From a virus, in the IMG/VR virus record IMGVR_UViG_3300028920_000056, positions 25,629 to 89,628 of that record: 64,000 nt of DNA. One strand, 5' to 3'. Positions 52,755 to 63,309 of the stretch are shown piece after piece; positions within the stretch are counted from its first letter, which is position 1, and the number at the start of each line of letters is the position of its first letter. The notes under the pieces are model-generated. The model did not search any database and was not told where the DNA came from. It was given only the letters and a program-made list of their open reading frames with translations. The translations under genes were made by a program, and so were the position numbers.

Positions 52755-54006
52755 TAACAAATACACTTTATGATTTATTAATTAAACGATTAGAATATGA
52801 ATTTGCCGGACACAACTTTATAATAAAAGCAGAGTTAGCAGAGTGGCAAACTATATTAATTGTTGATCATGCTTATGCTATTAAGTTTTGTGTTTCAATT
52901 ATCGATGATGATTGCAAATTAGAACCCTTGATTACAGCTATTGAACACCACTTAGGTATTAAGAGTACTACTCATATTGAAAAAATGGAAAGATTAGATT
53001 GGAGAGTAGACTATAATAATGCAATCAAGGAAATTGATGATAAAATTGAAGAAGCAAAAAGAAAAGAGCAACAAGAATGGGAAACAGATTATAAAGAGGC
53101 TTTTGAAGATTTATGACATCAATAGAAGAAATGAAGAGAACGGTAAACCAATCAAATATCTCTATAGAAAACAAGAAAGAGATTTGCGAAAGATTGCATG
53201 AGTTATATGGCAAAAAGAATAATACAAAATCTTTACTAAGAAATAAAAAACTTATTGAGGTTGATGATTATATGACTGTCCAACCAATAGATGTGAGTGC
53301 TGAAGTCGAAACACAGGATGTAACTTATTTTAATCAAAAAATTAGTATTCCGATTAGTTCAATGTATACTATAACTATGAAATTTACACTGCCAGATTCT
53401 TTTAAAATAGAAAAACTAATGGAAGCTGCGCAAAGTGGGATAGTAATTATAGGAATTGATAAATGATCAATAATATAAATGTTAAATTGAGACATATAAT
53501 TACTCATGCTTTTTTTGGCAAAGTGATTGAGGGAATAAGTGTATATGCTCAAAATGTTTTATTAGATTTTATAATATTTAAAACACAAGATGAAGATGAA
53601 AAATTTCCATTTAAAACAACAAGAATTAAAAATGATAAATTAGCTAATATAATTACTCCAATTGGTGAAGAAGTTTTAAATTTATATTTAGTCAGAACAG
53701 ATGATAATTTTCGAAAAAAATTTAAGCATTCATATGATCTCATAAAGTTTGAAACAGAAAATTATGTACTTACATTTGGGGCTTATTGTGACCATGCTTT
53801 TCCAATGACTGCTGACAATTTGTACTTACAGTGCACTATTGATTTTATAAACTTATTGACAGATGCTACTAAAATAGAATCATCAGAGCAATTAAAAGAT
53901 ACACCGTTCGAACCATTAGCTTGTATCTTCGATAAAAAAGAATTAGCTAAAGAATTATTAAGAGAATAAGTTATCAGCATATTTATTTTAAATAGGAGAA
54001 TTGTAG

Positions 54007-55758
54007 ATGGATGAAAAACTAACTCTTGGAAAATTAGAATATCTCATTTTAAATTTTTCACTACGTGATCGACCTTTCTGGTTAAAAATATTTGAAACAA
54101 TCAAGAAAGATTATTTTGAAAATAAGAATAATCAAATTATTTTTGAATTTTTCAAAAATTATTTTTCTAAATATAATGAGCTACCAGATTACCAAATAAC
54201 AGAAAACAAACTTAATAGTAAAGTAGAAGACAAAATTTTAAAATCAATTTATGAGCCAGCAGTTGATACAATTCAGCCACAATTTATATATGATGAGACG
54301 CACAATTTTATTATTGAAAATATGATGCGCAAAAAGCTTCTCAAATCAATTGATTTATTAAAGAATAAAAAGTTCGACGATATTTATCATGAGATTAGAG
54401 AGGTAATGAAATTCAATTTTGATAGTTCATTAGGTTTGAGTTTATTAGATGTTGATGGAAGATATGAAAAAATCAAAGCACTTGAAAAAGAAAAAATAGA
54501 AACAGGTTTTCCAGTATTTAATTCTATATTAAATGGTGGTTGGGCTAAAAAAGAATTATATGCAGTTGCAGCCCCACCGGGAATTGGCAAATGTCAAACT
54601 TATGATACAGAAATTGAAATAGAAATAGACGAAAACGACCCTGTTTATAAAAAAATATCAAAATTTTTATATGATAAAGATCAAACAGTAGTAATGGCAA
54701 CAATAAAAGCTAAAATAAAAATAGGTGATCTTGTAGAAGCATTGGGGGCTATAGTGCCTGAACAAGAAGTAGACATATCTTCTTCCAGCCTAAAAATTAA
54801 TACACCATATGGATATAAAAAAATAATGGGAATACGTAAAACAAAAAAATTGCCTATTGCAAAATTATCGACTGATAGCTATATCTTAAGATGCGCAACA
54901 GAACATAGGGTAGAAACTAACAGCGGATTCAAATTTGTAACCGAAGCAAAAGAAGTTGTAACAAAAGATGGTGTTAAAAAGTGTAAAGTTAAAATTGAAT
55001 CTAAAAAAGAAAATTGTTATGATGTACAAGTTGAAGATTGTCATAGTTATTGGTCTAATAATATACATAGCCACAATTCTATCTTCTTAGCTAATTGGGG
55101 AGTTAATGCAATTAAATTAGGATATAATGTTTTAGTATATACACTAGAAATTTCAGAAGAAAGATATTCACAAAGACATGATGCTATATTAACTAAGATA
55201 CCAACGGATGAGTTGCTATTTGATATCAATAAAATAATAAAGAAATATGAATTATTTAAGAAAACAAGCAAAGCAAATTTATGGATAAAAGAATTTCCAA
55301 CTAAGCTTGCTTCTATCAATACATTACGATCGCATTATGAACAGCTTAAGCTATATGAAAATTTCATACCAGATATTATTTTCGTTGATTATGCTGGTTT
55401 AATGAAACCAAGCTATAGAGTTGGTAATGATTATGACGATTTAAAAACTATCTATGAAGATCTTAGGGGTTGGGCTGTTGAATTAGATTTACCCATTGTT
55501 ACTGCTGCTCAAACAAATAGAAAATCTTTAAATGACAAAGGTGGTACAAAAGAAATTATAACACAAGCACAAGTTGCTGAATCTCTTGGTATTACTCAAA
55601 CTCTAGATTTATTTATGACAATAACACAAAGTAAAAATGAAAAAACAGATGGTTTAATTAACTTATATATTGACAAACATAGACATGGTGAATCTTCAAA
55701 ATTATTAAAGTACTCAATAGATTATAGAAACTTTTTTTTAGAAGAGTATGATCTTTAA
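54007..55758 (+). CDS. dnaB: replicative helicase (DnaB/gp41-like) with intein
   Basis: Walker A PPGIGK|S split by the intein, YTLEISE, FVDYAGLM, TAAQTNR, IDKHRHG. Confidence 0.93.
   Translation: MDEKLTLGKLEYLILNFSLRDRPFWLKIFETIKKDYFENKNNQIIFEFFKNYFSKYNELPDYQITENKLNSKVEDKILKSIYEPAVDTIQPQFIYDETHNFIIENMMRKKLLKSIDLLKNKKFDDIYHEIREVMKFNFDSSLGLSLLDVDGRYEKIKALEKEKIETGFPVFNSILNGGWAKKELYAVAAPPGIGKCQTYDTEIEIEIDENDPVYKKISKFLYDKDQTVVMATIKAKIKIGDLVEALGAIVPEQEVDISSSSLKINTPYGYKKIMGIRKTKKLPIAKLSTDSYILRCATEHRVETNSGFKFVTEAKEVVTKDGVKKCKVKIESKKENCYDVQVEDCHSYWSNNIHSHNSIFLANWGVNAIKLGYNVLVYTLEISEERYSQRHDAILTKIPTDELLFDINKIIKKYELFKKTSKANLWIKEFPTKLASINTLRSHYEQLKLYENFIPDIIFVDYAGLMKPSYRVGNDYDDLKTIYEDLRGWAVELDLPIVTAAQTNRKSLNDKGGTKEIITQAQVAESLGITQTLDLFMTITQSKNEKTDGLINLYIDKHRHGESSKLLKYSIDYRNFFLEEYDL
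54592..55077 (+). mobile_element. 162-aa mini-intein in the DnaB P-loop
   Basis: C1-QTYDTEI, CATEHRV, CYDVQV...NNIHSHN followed by Ser +1; too short for an endonuclease. Confidence 0.92.
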
Positions 55759-55788
55759 TACAATAAAAATAATTGGAGGTATTATAAT

Positions 55789-56938
55789 ATGACTGTTTCA
55801 GGTTTATTTAAAAAGCATATTATTAATCAATGGTTCAAAAAGTTTGATAATCGCACAAAAACATATCATTATTATTATATCACCAAATTTGATGATGTTG
55901 TAGAATTTATAGTGTTTCATATATACAAAAATAAAAAACCAAAAATAACAGAAGATTATATGCATCTTTCATATTTTATGCAAAAAACAAATGAATTCTT
56001 ATGTTTAACTGCTGGAGATGAGCATATAAAAATAGACTTCATTAAAGAATTTACAAAATATAGACTGAGATCTTAAAATGTTTAATGCAAGAGAATTATT
56101 AGAAAAAGCAATTTTAAATCGATGGTTTAGAAGACGCAATGGAAGAAGAAAAGACAAAACTTTATTTGATTATTACTATTTTACTAAAATAACTAATGAA
56201 CATGTCTGTGGTATAATATTTCGACCACACGCTGTCACAGCTAAAACATTTGAAGAATACTACATTAATTCAACATATTACTTTCTTTATAGACTAGAAA
56301 AGTTTATACTATGTGGACCTATGGACTCTGATTATATAAAACAAGCTGAAAAAGAATGGACAAAATTTAAATTAAGAGATTAGCTTTACAAGATAACTAA
56401 AATTCATTTCGGAGCTTAGCATGAAACTTAATGATACAATAAAAAATCTAATAGAAGAATTTGTCATGGGGACCTTTAAGTGTCCAATATGTGGCACAAA
56501 AGTATCTAAAAACAGCAACTATTGTCTCAAATGTAAGAAGAAAGTAAAACCACCCAACAACGACAAAAAAGAATAACTTATCAAATTAATCACATAATTA
56601 ATTTTATGGATTTATTTCATGATTTTATTGAATCTATTAAAGGTGTATGGTTTGAACTAGACTTTAAAAATAGACGAAATAAAACATATTGTACACTCTA
56701 TGAGGTTCATGGTGATTATGCTTTTAAAAATGCATATAATCGCGTACACTTCATAACTTATTACCCACATAAAAATCGCTTTGACACACTTCACGCAAAT
56801 AATATTTTTGTATTAAAAAGAATGCATAGAGTTAATGATCCGGCAATCAATAGAATGTTGCAAGGAAAATATACTCAATACATTCTTAGAAACGGATTGG
56901 GCGAAGGTGAAAAACTTTCTAATCAATTTAACCATTAA
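55789..56938 (+). CDS. three paralogous small proteins (55789, 56078, 56606) with C-terminal T[KQ]xxLR tag
   Basis: N-terminal NQWF/NRWF/GVWF; C-terminal FTKYRLRS, WTKFKLRD, YTQYILRNG. Confidence 0.65.
56421..56576 (+). CDS. small double-CxxC zinc-ribbon protein (below ORF-track cutoff)
   Basis: MKLNDTIKNLIEEFVMGTFKCPICG...YCLKC; AAGATAA motif at ~56391. Confidence 0.55.
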   Translation: MKLNDTIKNLIEEFVMGTFKCPICGTKVSKNSNYCLKCKKKVKPPNNDKKE

Positions 56939-57507
56939 CAATAAACCCTCTTACACCTGAACAATTTAAAGCTTTTAAAGATAGTTATGCTAAATATCTA
57001 CTCAGAGAAGGTGGTGCAACACTAAAAGATGATCAATTTCCGAAGGTAAGCAATGGGAACAAATTATTACATTAGATATAATATATGTAATTGCTGTAAA
57101 AGATATGATGAAATTCATATGGGTAAACAATCTATGGGCTGGAAATTTAACTTCCATGTAATAGAAGAACAATTTCCTATTAATGAGTGGGAAAATAATG
57201 CCAAAGAATTATTAAAAAATAATATTTATATTAATGTTAAACTTGATTCTTATAAAAAGACGAAAAATTTTTTATTAAAATATTCTAAATATGTTAAAAT
57301 TTTTAGTGAATATGATAGAGAAATTTTGATAGAAGATTTCTTAAAGATTGTAGAGTCTAATCAACATAATCTAAGTTTTTATAATTACTGTGTAGTTCAT
57401 AATTGTTTACAAAGTGAATATATGGACAGCGACAATTATGAGTTTTCACCAAATAATTTTTCATAGCTTCGATTCACAATTATAATTGTAATTTAGGAGG
57501 TAAAATC

Positions 57508-58785
57508 ATGGAGATTAATGGTAAATATGGTAGTGCTATTGTTTATAATGATACAATAGAACAGGAAGCAATTTCTCAAATAATCAATCTATTAAACCAA
57601 GAAATGGCAAAAGATGCTCATGTAAGAATAATGCCAGATGTTCATGCTGGTGCCGGTTGTGTAATTGGTTATACTGCAAAATTAACTGAAAAAGTAGTGC
57701 CTAATTTAATAGGTGTTGATATTGGTTGTGGTGTAACTGCTTGGAAATTAGGTCCGGCACATATAATAAAATCTAAATTTGATAAATTAGATAAATTCAT
57801 AAGAAAAAATATTCCATCAGGTAGAAATATTCACACAATTGCAAATTGGCATTTAGAATCAGCTGGTTGTTTTTCTAATAGATTGGCCATGAATATGAAA
57901 ATATCTGATTTCTTTAATCATATAAAAGAAGTTTGTTCTAGAACTAAACAAGAATATTCTTATGTTGAAAGCTCTCTTGGAACTCTTGGTGGTGGCAATC
58001 ATTTTATTGAAATTGATAAAGATTATGATAACAATTACTGGTTAATTATACATTCAGGCTCAAGAAATTTTGGCTTGAAAGTTGCTAAATATCACCAGAG
58101 CTTAGCCCAATTAAATCAAAATATGGATAAAGAAGAATATCAAAAAAGAATTGAAATAATCAAGAAAACAAAAAAAGGTAAAGGTATTGAAGTTGCAATT
58201 AATGCATTAAGAAAAGAAATGCAAAAACCACATACAATTACTGGTCTAGAATATTTAGAAGGTGATTATATTACTGATTATTTAAATGACATGCAAATTG
58301 CACAATTATATGCTAAACTCAACAGAAGACTAATGGGTTATAGAATAATTACTAAATTTTATAAATTAAAATATAAAGATATACAGTGTGTTGAATCAGT
58401 ACATAATTATATCAATTTAACAGATAGAATAATACGTAAAGGTGCTATTTCTGCACATGAAAATGAAATGGTAATTATTCCACTAAATATGGCTGATGGT
58501 TGTATAGTTGGTACTGGTAAAGGTAATAGTGAATGGAATAATTCAGCTCCGCATGGTGCAGGCAGAAAAATGAGTCGAAATGCAGCAAAAGCAAATATTG
58601 ATTTGAGTGATTATCAGAAGATAATGCAGAAGAATAAAGTTTGGACAAGTTGCATTTCTAAACACACTCTTGATGAGGCACCACAAGCATATAAAAAAGC
58701 TTCTCATATTATAGAATATTTAAAAGATACTGTAGAAATATATTGTCACATGAAACCTGTTTATAATTTTAAAGCTGACTCATAA
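57508..58785 (+). CDS. rtcB: RtcB RNA-splicing/repair ligase
   Basis: MPDVHAG, GVDIGCG, GTLGGGNHFIE, IHSGSR, HNY, RKGA, SAPHGAGR, DEAPQAYK. Confidence 0.96.
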   Translation: MEINGKYGSAIVYNDTIEQEAISQIINLLNQEMAKDAHVRIMPDVHAGAGCVIGYTAKLTEKVVPNLIGVDIGCGVTAWKLGPAHIIKSKFDKLDKFIRKNIPSGRNIHTIANWHLESAGCFSNRLAMNMKISDFFNHIKEVCSRTKQEYSYVESSLGTLGGGNHFIEIDKDYDNNYWLIIHSGSRNFGLKVAKYHQSLAQLNQNMDKEEYQKRIEIIKKTKKGKGIEVAINALRKEMQKPHTITGLEYLEGDYITDYLNDMQIAQLYAKLNRRLMGYRIITKFYKLKYKDIQCVESVHNYINLTDRIIRKGAISAHENEMVIIPLNMADGCIVGTGKGNSEWNNSAPHGAGRKMSRNAAKANIDLSDYQKIMQKNKVWTSCISKHTLDEAPQAYKKASHIIEYLKDTVEIYCHMKPVYNFKADS

Positions 58786-58823
58786 AAGAATCGACAGGGC
58801 TCTATAATTATCTAGGAGGTCAA

Positions 58824-60053
58824 ATGGAAAATAAAGGTACTAAAAAACTTATAATGGTGACCGCTGATAATAATAACAAATTTTATAATATGAAAGATAA
58901 TGGTGATGGTACTTTTAAAGTTGAATGGGGTAGAGTAGGAGTTACTTCTAGTGAAACAACTTATCCAATTTCCAAATGGGATAGTATTTATAGACAAAAA
59001 ACCAAGAAAGGTTATAAAGATATAACAGAAATTTTTGTAGAAGCTGGCATTGATGAAGAAACAAGTTTTGCTGATATAACCAATACACAAATATCTAAAT
59101 TGGTTAATGCATTGCAATCTTATGCAAAAGGCTCTGTAAAGAAAAATTATTTAGTAACTTCTGAGAATGTTACTCAAAAACAAGTTGATGAAGCTCAAAA
59201 CATAATAGATCAAATAACTTCTGAGAGTAGTCAAAAAAATGTAGTAGTCGAGAATATAAATGATCTACTTACAGACTTATATTCTATAATTCCTCGAAGA
59301 ATGTCAAATGTTCGCATGCATCTTTTCAATACTACTGAGGGAATGAATTTTAGTTCTGACAATGTCAACCATTTAATTGCAAATGAACAAGCAACTTTAG
59401 ATGTTATGGCTGGACAAGTCTCAACTATTGCAAAGACTAAAACTGTTGATCACAAAGAAGAAAAAACATTACTAGATGCAATGGGTATTACCATCGAGCA
59501 AATCGATGCTAAAGATAAAGAAACAATCATGCAGCTTCTTGGATCGAATGCTAGACAATTTCGCAACGCATACAGAGTTACTAATCTTGCGACTCAAAGT
59601 CGCTATGACAAATGGGTAGAGAAGTCAAAAGACAAAAGAGCATTCTATTTTTGGCATGGATCTAGGAATGAAAATTGGTGGTCAATTTTAGATACAGGCT
59701 TAGTGCTTAGACCATCAAATGCAGTAATTACTGGTAAGATGTTTGGTTATGGACTTTACTTTGCAGACAAAGCTCAGAAGTCAATTGGATATACTTCACT
59801 AAGAGGTTCTTATTGGGCATCTGGCTCTGCCAATAAAGCTTATTTAGCTGTATTCCAAGTTCACACTGGAAATTGGTTACATTTTAAAACTCATGAATAT
59901 TGGATGTATGATCTTAATGAAAAGAATCTAAAGAGTAGAGGCTCTTATGATTCACTATTTGCTGAAGGCGGAGCTGATCTTAGAAACAATGAATATATAG
60001 TTTATAACCAAGCACAATGTTCAGTAAAATATTTAGTTGAGATAGGAGATTAA
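58824..60053 (+). CDS. PARP-family ADP-ribosyltransferase with WGR and helical regulatory domains
   Basis: NNNKFY...VEWGRVG (WGR), LYSIIPR (helical domain), FWHGSR, GKMFGYGLYFAD...KSIGY, NNEYIVY (H-Y-E triad). Confidence 0.92.
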   Translation: MENKGTKKLIMVTADNNNKFYNMKDNGDGTFKVEWGRVGVTSSETTYPISKWDSIYRQKTKKGYKDITEIFVEAGIDEETSFADITNTQISKLVNALQSYAKGSVKKNYLVTSENVTQKQVDEAQNIIDQITSESSQKNVVVENINDLLTDLYSIIPRRMSNVRMHLFNTTEGMNFSSDNVNHLIANEQATLDVMAGQVSTIAKTKTVDHKEEKTLLDAMGITIEQIDAKDKETIMQLLGSNARQFRNAYRVTNLATQSRYDKWVEKSKDKRAFYFWHGSRNENWWSILDTGLVLRPSNAVITGKMFGYGLYFADKAQKSIGYTSLRGSYWASGSANKAYLAVFQVHTGNWLHFKTHEYWMYDLNEKNLKSRGSYDSLFAEGGADLRNNEYIVYNQAQCSVKYLVEIGD

Positions 60054-60391
60054 TATGTTAGAAGCATTACAATTTATTTTTAAAAATATTTGGCATTTTC
60101 TTGGAGTTTAGTTATTATTAACAGTAATATTTTCTGGAATAGGTCACATTGGAAACAAAAAATATAAAACATATAATTGTCCTTATATAGATGAATGCGA
60201 AAAATTTAAAGAGAAGAAAGAAAAAGAGAGTAAAAAAAGTCCTTGGGATACTCATGATCCTAGATTTTTATAAGGAAGAATATATGAAATTGTTTGTTAT
60301 ATGATTTTTTGTATATTCTTTTGGCTTGAAGAAATAATTGTTTCGATAAGTTGGATAAGGAGAAAGATATGGAAAAGAAAAAATTAGGAAA

Positions 60392-60805
60392 TTGTGCATG
60401 GTAAGAAAAGCAAAGAAATATTCGGTTGAAGAAGTATTACAACATGTTCGCATACCCAATAATGATTCAGATGTTGAAAGAAGAGATTTTGATGGTGATC
60501 TTATTAAAATTTCTTCACTGCGTCTTGCCACTTTCAAATATAAAGGTTGTAAATGTATTAAATGTGGTACTGAAGGTACATATTTCTTTAAAGAAAAACA
60601 TAATAGAAAAGGAAAAATTTATCACTTTAATCTTTATGGAATTAATGCAGAAGGTATAGAAGTACTCATGACTAAAGACCACATTATTCCAAAAAGTAAA
60701 GGTGGTAAAAACTATATAGATAACATGCAAACAATGTGCCAATATTGTAATTGTGAAAAGGGCAATAAAGTGAAAGGAGAAGAAGATGATAAGGAATCTG
60801 TTTGA
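60392..60805 (+). CDS. HNH endonuclease
   Basis: CIKCG...TKDHIIPKSKGG...NMQTMCQYCNCEKG. Confidence 0.88.
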   Translation: MCMVRKAKKYSVEEVLQHVRIPNNDSDVERRDFDGDLIKISSLRLATFKYKGCKCIKCGTEGTYFFKEKHNRKGKIYHFNLYGINAEGIEVLMTKDHIIPKSKGGKNYIDNMQTMCQYCNCEKGNKVKGEEDDKESV

Positions 60806-61219
60806 TGAGTTTTGTGAGAAACATAAATGCCCAAGAGAAAAAGCAAAATCTCTGATTGAAGACTTAAAAGCAACATATAATTACAGTAAACATAGTGCAA
60901 TAGATATTGATGATAGTTGTGTAAATTGTCAACATTTAAAATTTTGTGATTATGATGATATTACTTTTGAAAAAGTTCTACAGTGTGAAATGATGTATGA
61001 AATGTATGGGACACACTATTGCCATGATGAACTAAAACATTGTGCATGTAATAAATTTAGAGCTAAAATTATAGCATAATTAAATATAATGGATAGATTT
61101 GAAGAAGTGTACTGTTGGTATTGTGGCAAGTGCATTAAATTACAACATTGGTTAAATTTTAAAAAGACTAAAAAATATTGTAATTTATTTTGTTGGTTAA
61201 AATATAATTTGGAGAAATT

Positions 61220-62272
61220 ATGGAAAGGAAACTTGCGTCATTAGAAGTTATTAAAAGTTTAAGACCAATACCAGGTGCTGACAATATTGAAGTTGCAACT
61301 GTAAAAGGTTGGCATTGTGTTGTTAAAAAAGGTGATTTTAAAATTGGTGATTGGTGTATATATTTTGAAGTTGATTCAGTTTTACCAGAATTAGAACCTT
61401 TTGAATTCTTAAGAAAAAATTGTTGGATTGAACGCTACAAAGGTTTCAGAATTAAAACTGTCAAACTTCGTGGCCAAGTGTCGCAAGGTTTAGTAATGCC
61501 ACTTACAATATTCTTATCTTTAAAAAGACATATTGAGCCGGCTTATTTAGAACCTGGAATAGATTTAACTAATACTTTTAATGTTCAAAAATATGTACCA
61601 GAAATTCCAAGTTGTTTGTCTGGTAAAGTAGTTGCACCTTTCCCAACTAATATAATTCCCAAAACAGATGAAGAACGTGTCGAAAATTTATCAGACACTT
61701 TAGAACAACTACATGGTACTTCAATTTATATAACAGAAAAACTAGATGGTTCCTCTTGTACTTTTTATTTATATGATGATCATTTTGGAGTGTGTGGTCG
61801 AAATTGGGAGTGGGAAGAAGATAACAAAAATATGAACTGGGAAATAGCTCGTAAGTATGATATAGAAAATAAGCTGCGTTATTATAAATTACAAACCGGT
61901 TGTGAGATTGCATTACAAGGTGAAATAATCGGACCTGGTATACAAAAGAATAAATATAATTTAGATAAAGTGACAGTAAGATTTTTTACTTCTCATGATT
62001 TAACAAAACATCAACAAGATACATTTGCTAGACTATTAAGCATCTTGAGATATTTAAATTTGAAACCAGTACCAATAGTAGATAAATATTCTATTCTAGA
62101 AAAAGATTCTGATTATTGGATTGAGAAATCAAAAGGATTTAGTACTTTAAATTCAAGAATTAAACGTGAAGGTATAGTTGTTAAGACATTAGAAAACAAG
62201 ACGTGGCCAGGTCTTGGAATAATTTCATTCAAAGCAATCAATCCAGAATATTTATTGAAATATGGAGAATAA
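61220..62272 (+). CDS. RNA ligase, Rnl2/DRB0094-type
   Basis: N-terminal RKLAS...IPGADNIE..V.GW.CVVKKG, LRGQVSQG; ITEKLDGSS, LQGEIIGPGIQKN, REGIVVK, FKAIN. Confidence 0.92.
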   Translation: MERKLASLEVIKSLRPIPGADNIEVATVKGWHCVVKKGDFKIGDWCIYFEVDSVLPELEPFEFLRKNCWIERYKGFRIKTVKLRGQVSQGLVMPLTIFLSLKRHIEPAYLEPGIDLTNTFNVQKYVPEIPSCLSGKVVAPFPTNIIPKTDEERVENLSDTLEQLHGTSIYITEKLDGSSCTFYLYDDHFGVCGRNWEWEEDNKNMNWEIARKYDIENKLRYYKLQTGCEIALQGEIIGPGIQKNKYNLDKVTVRFFTSHDLTKHQQDTFARLLSILRYLNLKPVPIVDKYSILEKDSDYWIEKSKGFSTLNSRIKREGIVVKTLENKTWPGLGIISFKAINPEYLLKYGE

Positions 62273-63309
62273 AATGATAAAATTATTTTTGTTAAGAATA
62301 TATTGTTTTTTTAAAAATAAAGGAAAACACGATTGGGTAATGGGTGGCGATTATAATATGTGTTGGACTTGTAAAAAAATAGTAGAAGCAAAATTGACAG
62401 AATAAGGAGTAGATAGTGACAGACGCACAGTTTAAAAAAGAAGCAAAAGATAGAAAAGAATTAATGAATGTTGAAATTCAACCTTCGAGTTTGGAGTGAT
62501 TAATGGCTATTATAACTTTTACTTGTCAATGTGGAAAGACAACTAAAATCGATATTAAAACTATTGATGAGCTTCGCAAAGAAAATAAACGATTAACAGA
62601 AGAAGCGAAGGATTTGAAAGCAAAAATAGCCGCACTTGAATATATGAAAAAGAATAAAAATAATTTTAATATGGATGATATATTTAAAGGATTTAATCTT
62701 TAAGAGGTAACAAATGGACTTAGTAATTAAAACTGGAAAAGAGTGGCATGAAAAATATAAGAAAGAAACAGGTATGCAAGTTTATGATCCGGACGGATGG
62801 AGAAATGATGGGCTTGATCTTGATATTTACATGTGTTCTTGGAAAGAATTCAAAAAAAGAGCTTTATATTCTACATTAATTCCTATAGAGCGTAATGAAA
62901 AAATCTGAAAAACTGTTACTTAGAATAAGAAAATTATTCCCTGATTTATATATACCAAAAGATGCAAAAATACAAAGGACAAGGGCTAAATATAACCAAT
63001 TAGTTATGGGATCATTTAAATCTTTTTATCGGTCTGAGAGTGAATATTGGAACGGTTTGGGTTTGTATTCAACAGCTAATGAGTTGTTAAAATGCCCAAA
63101 TCTAGTTTTAGGTACTTTTTATGGAGATATTTATATTGATTGTGGATGCATAGGTAAATGTAAAGGAATAAAAGATGGATAAGCTAATGAAACATATAAT
63201 GAGTCTTTGCACAAGAAATTTAAATTCAAAAAGAGTTAAATGCTGTGCTGAATGTCCTTTTGAAGAATCAATATTATGATAAAAACCTTACAAAAGGAGA
63301 AGACAAAAA

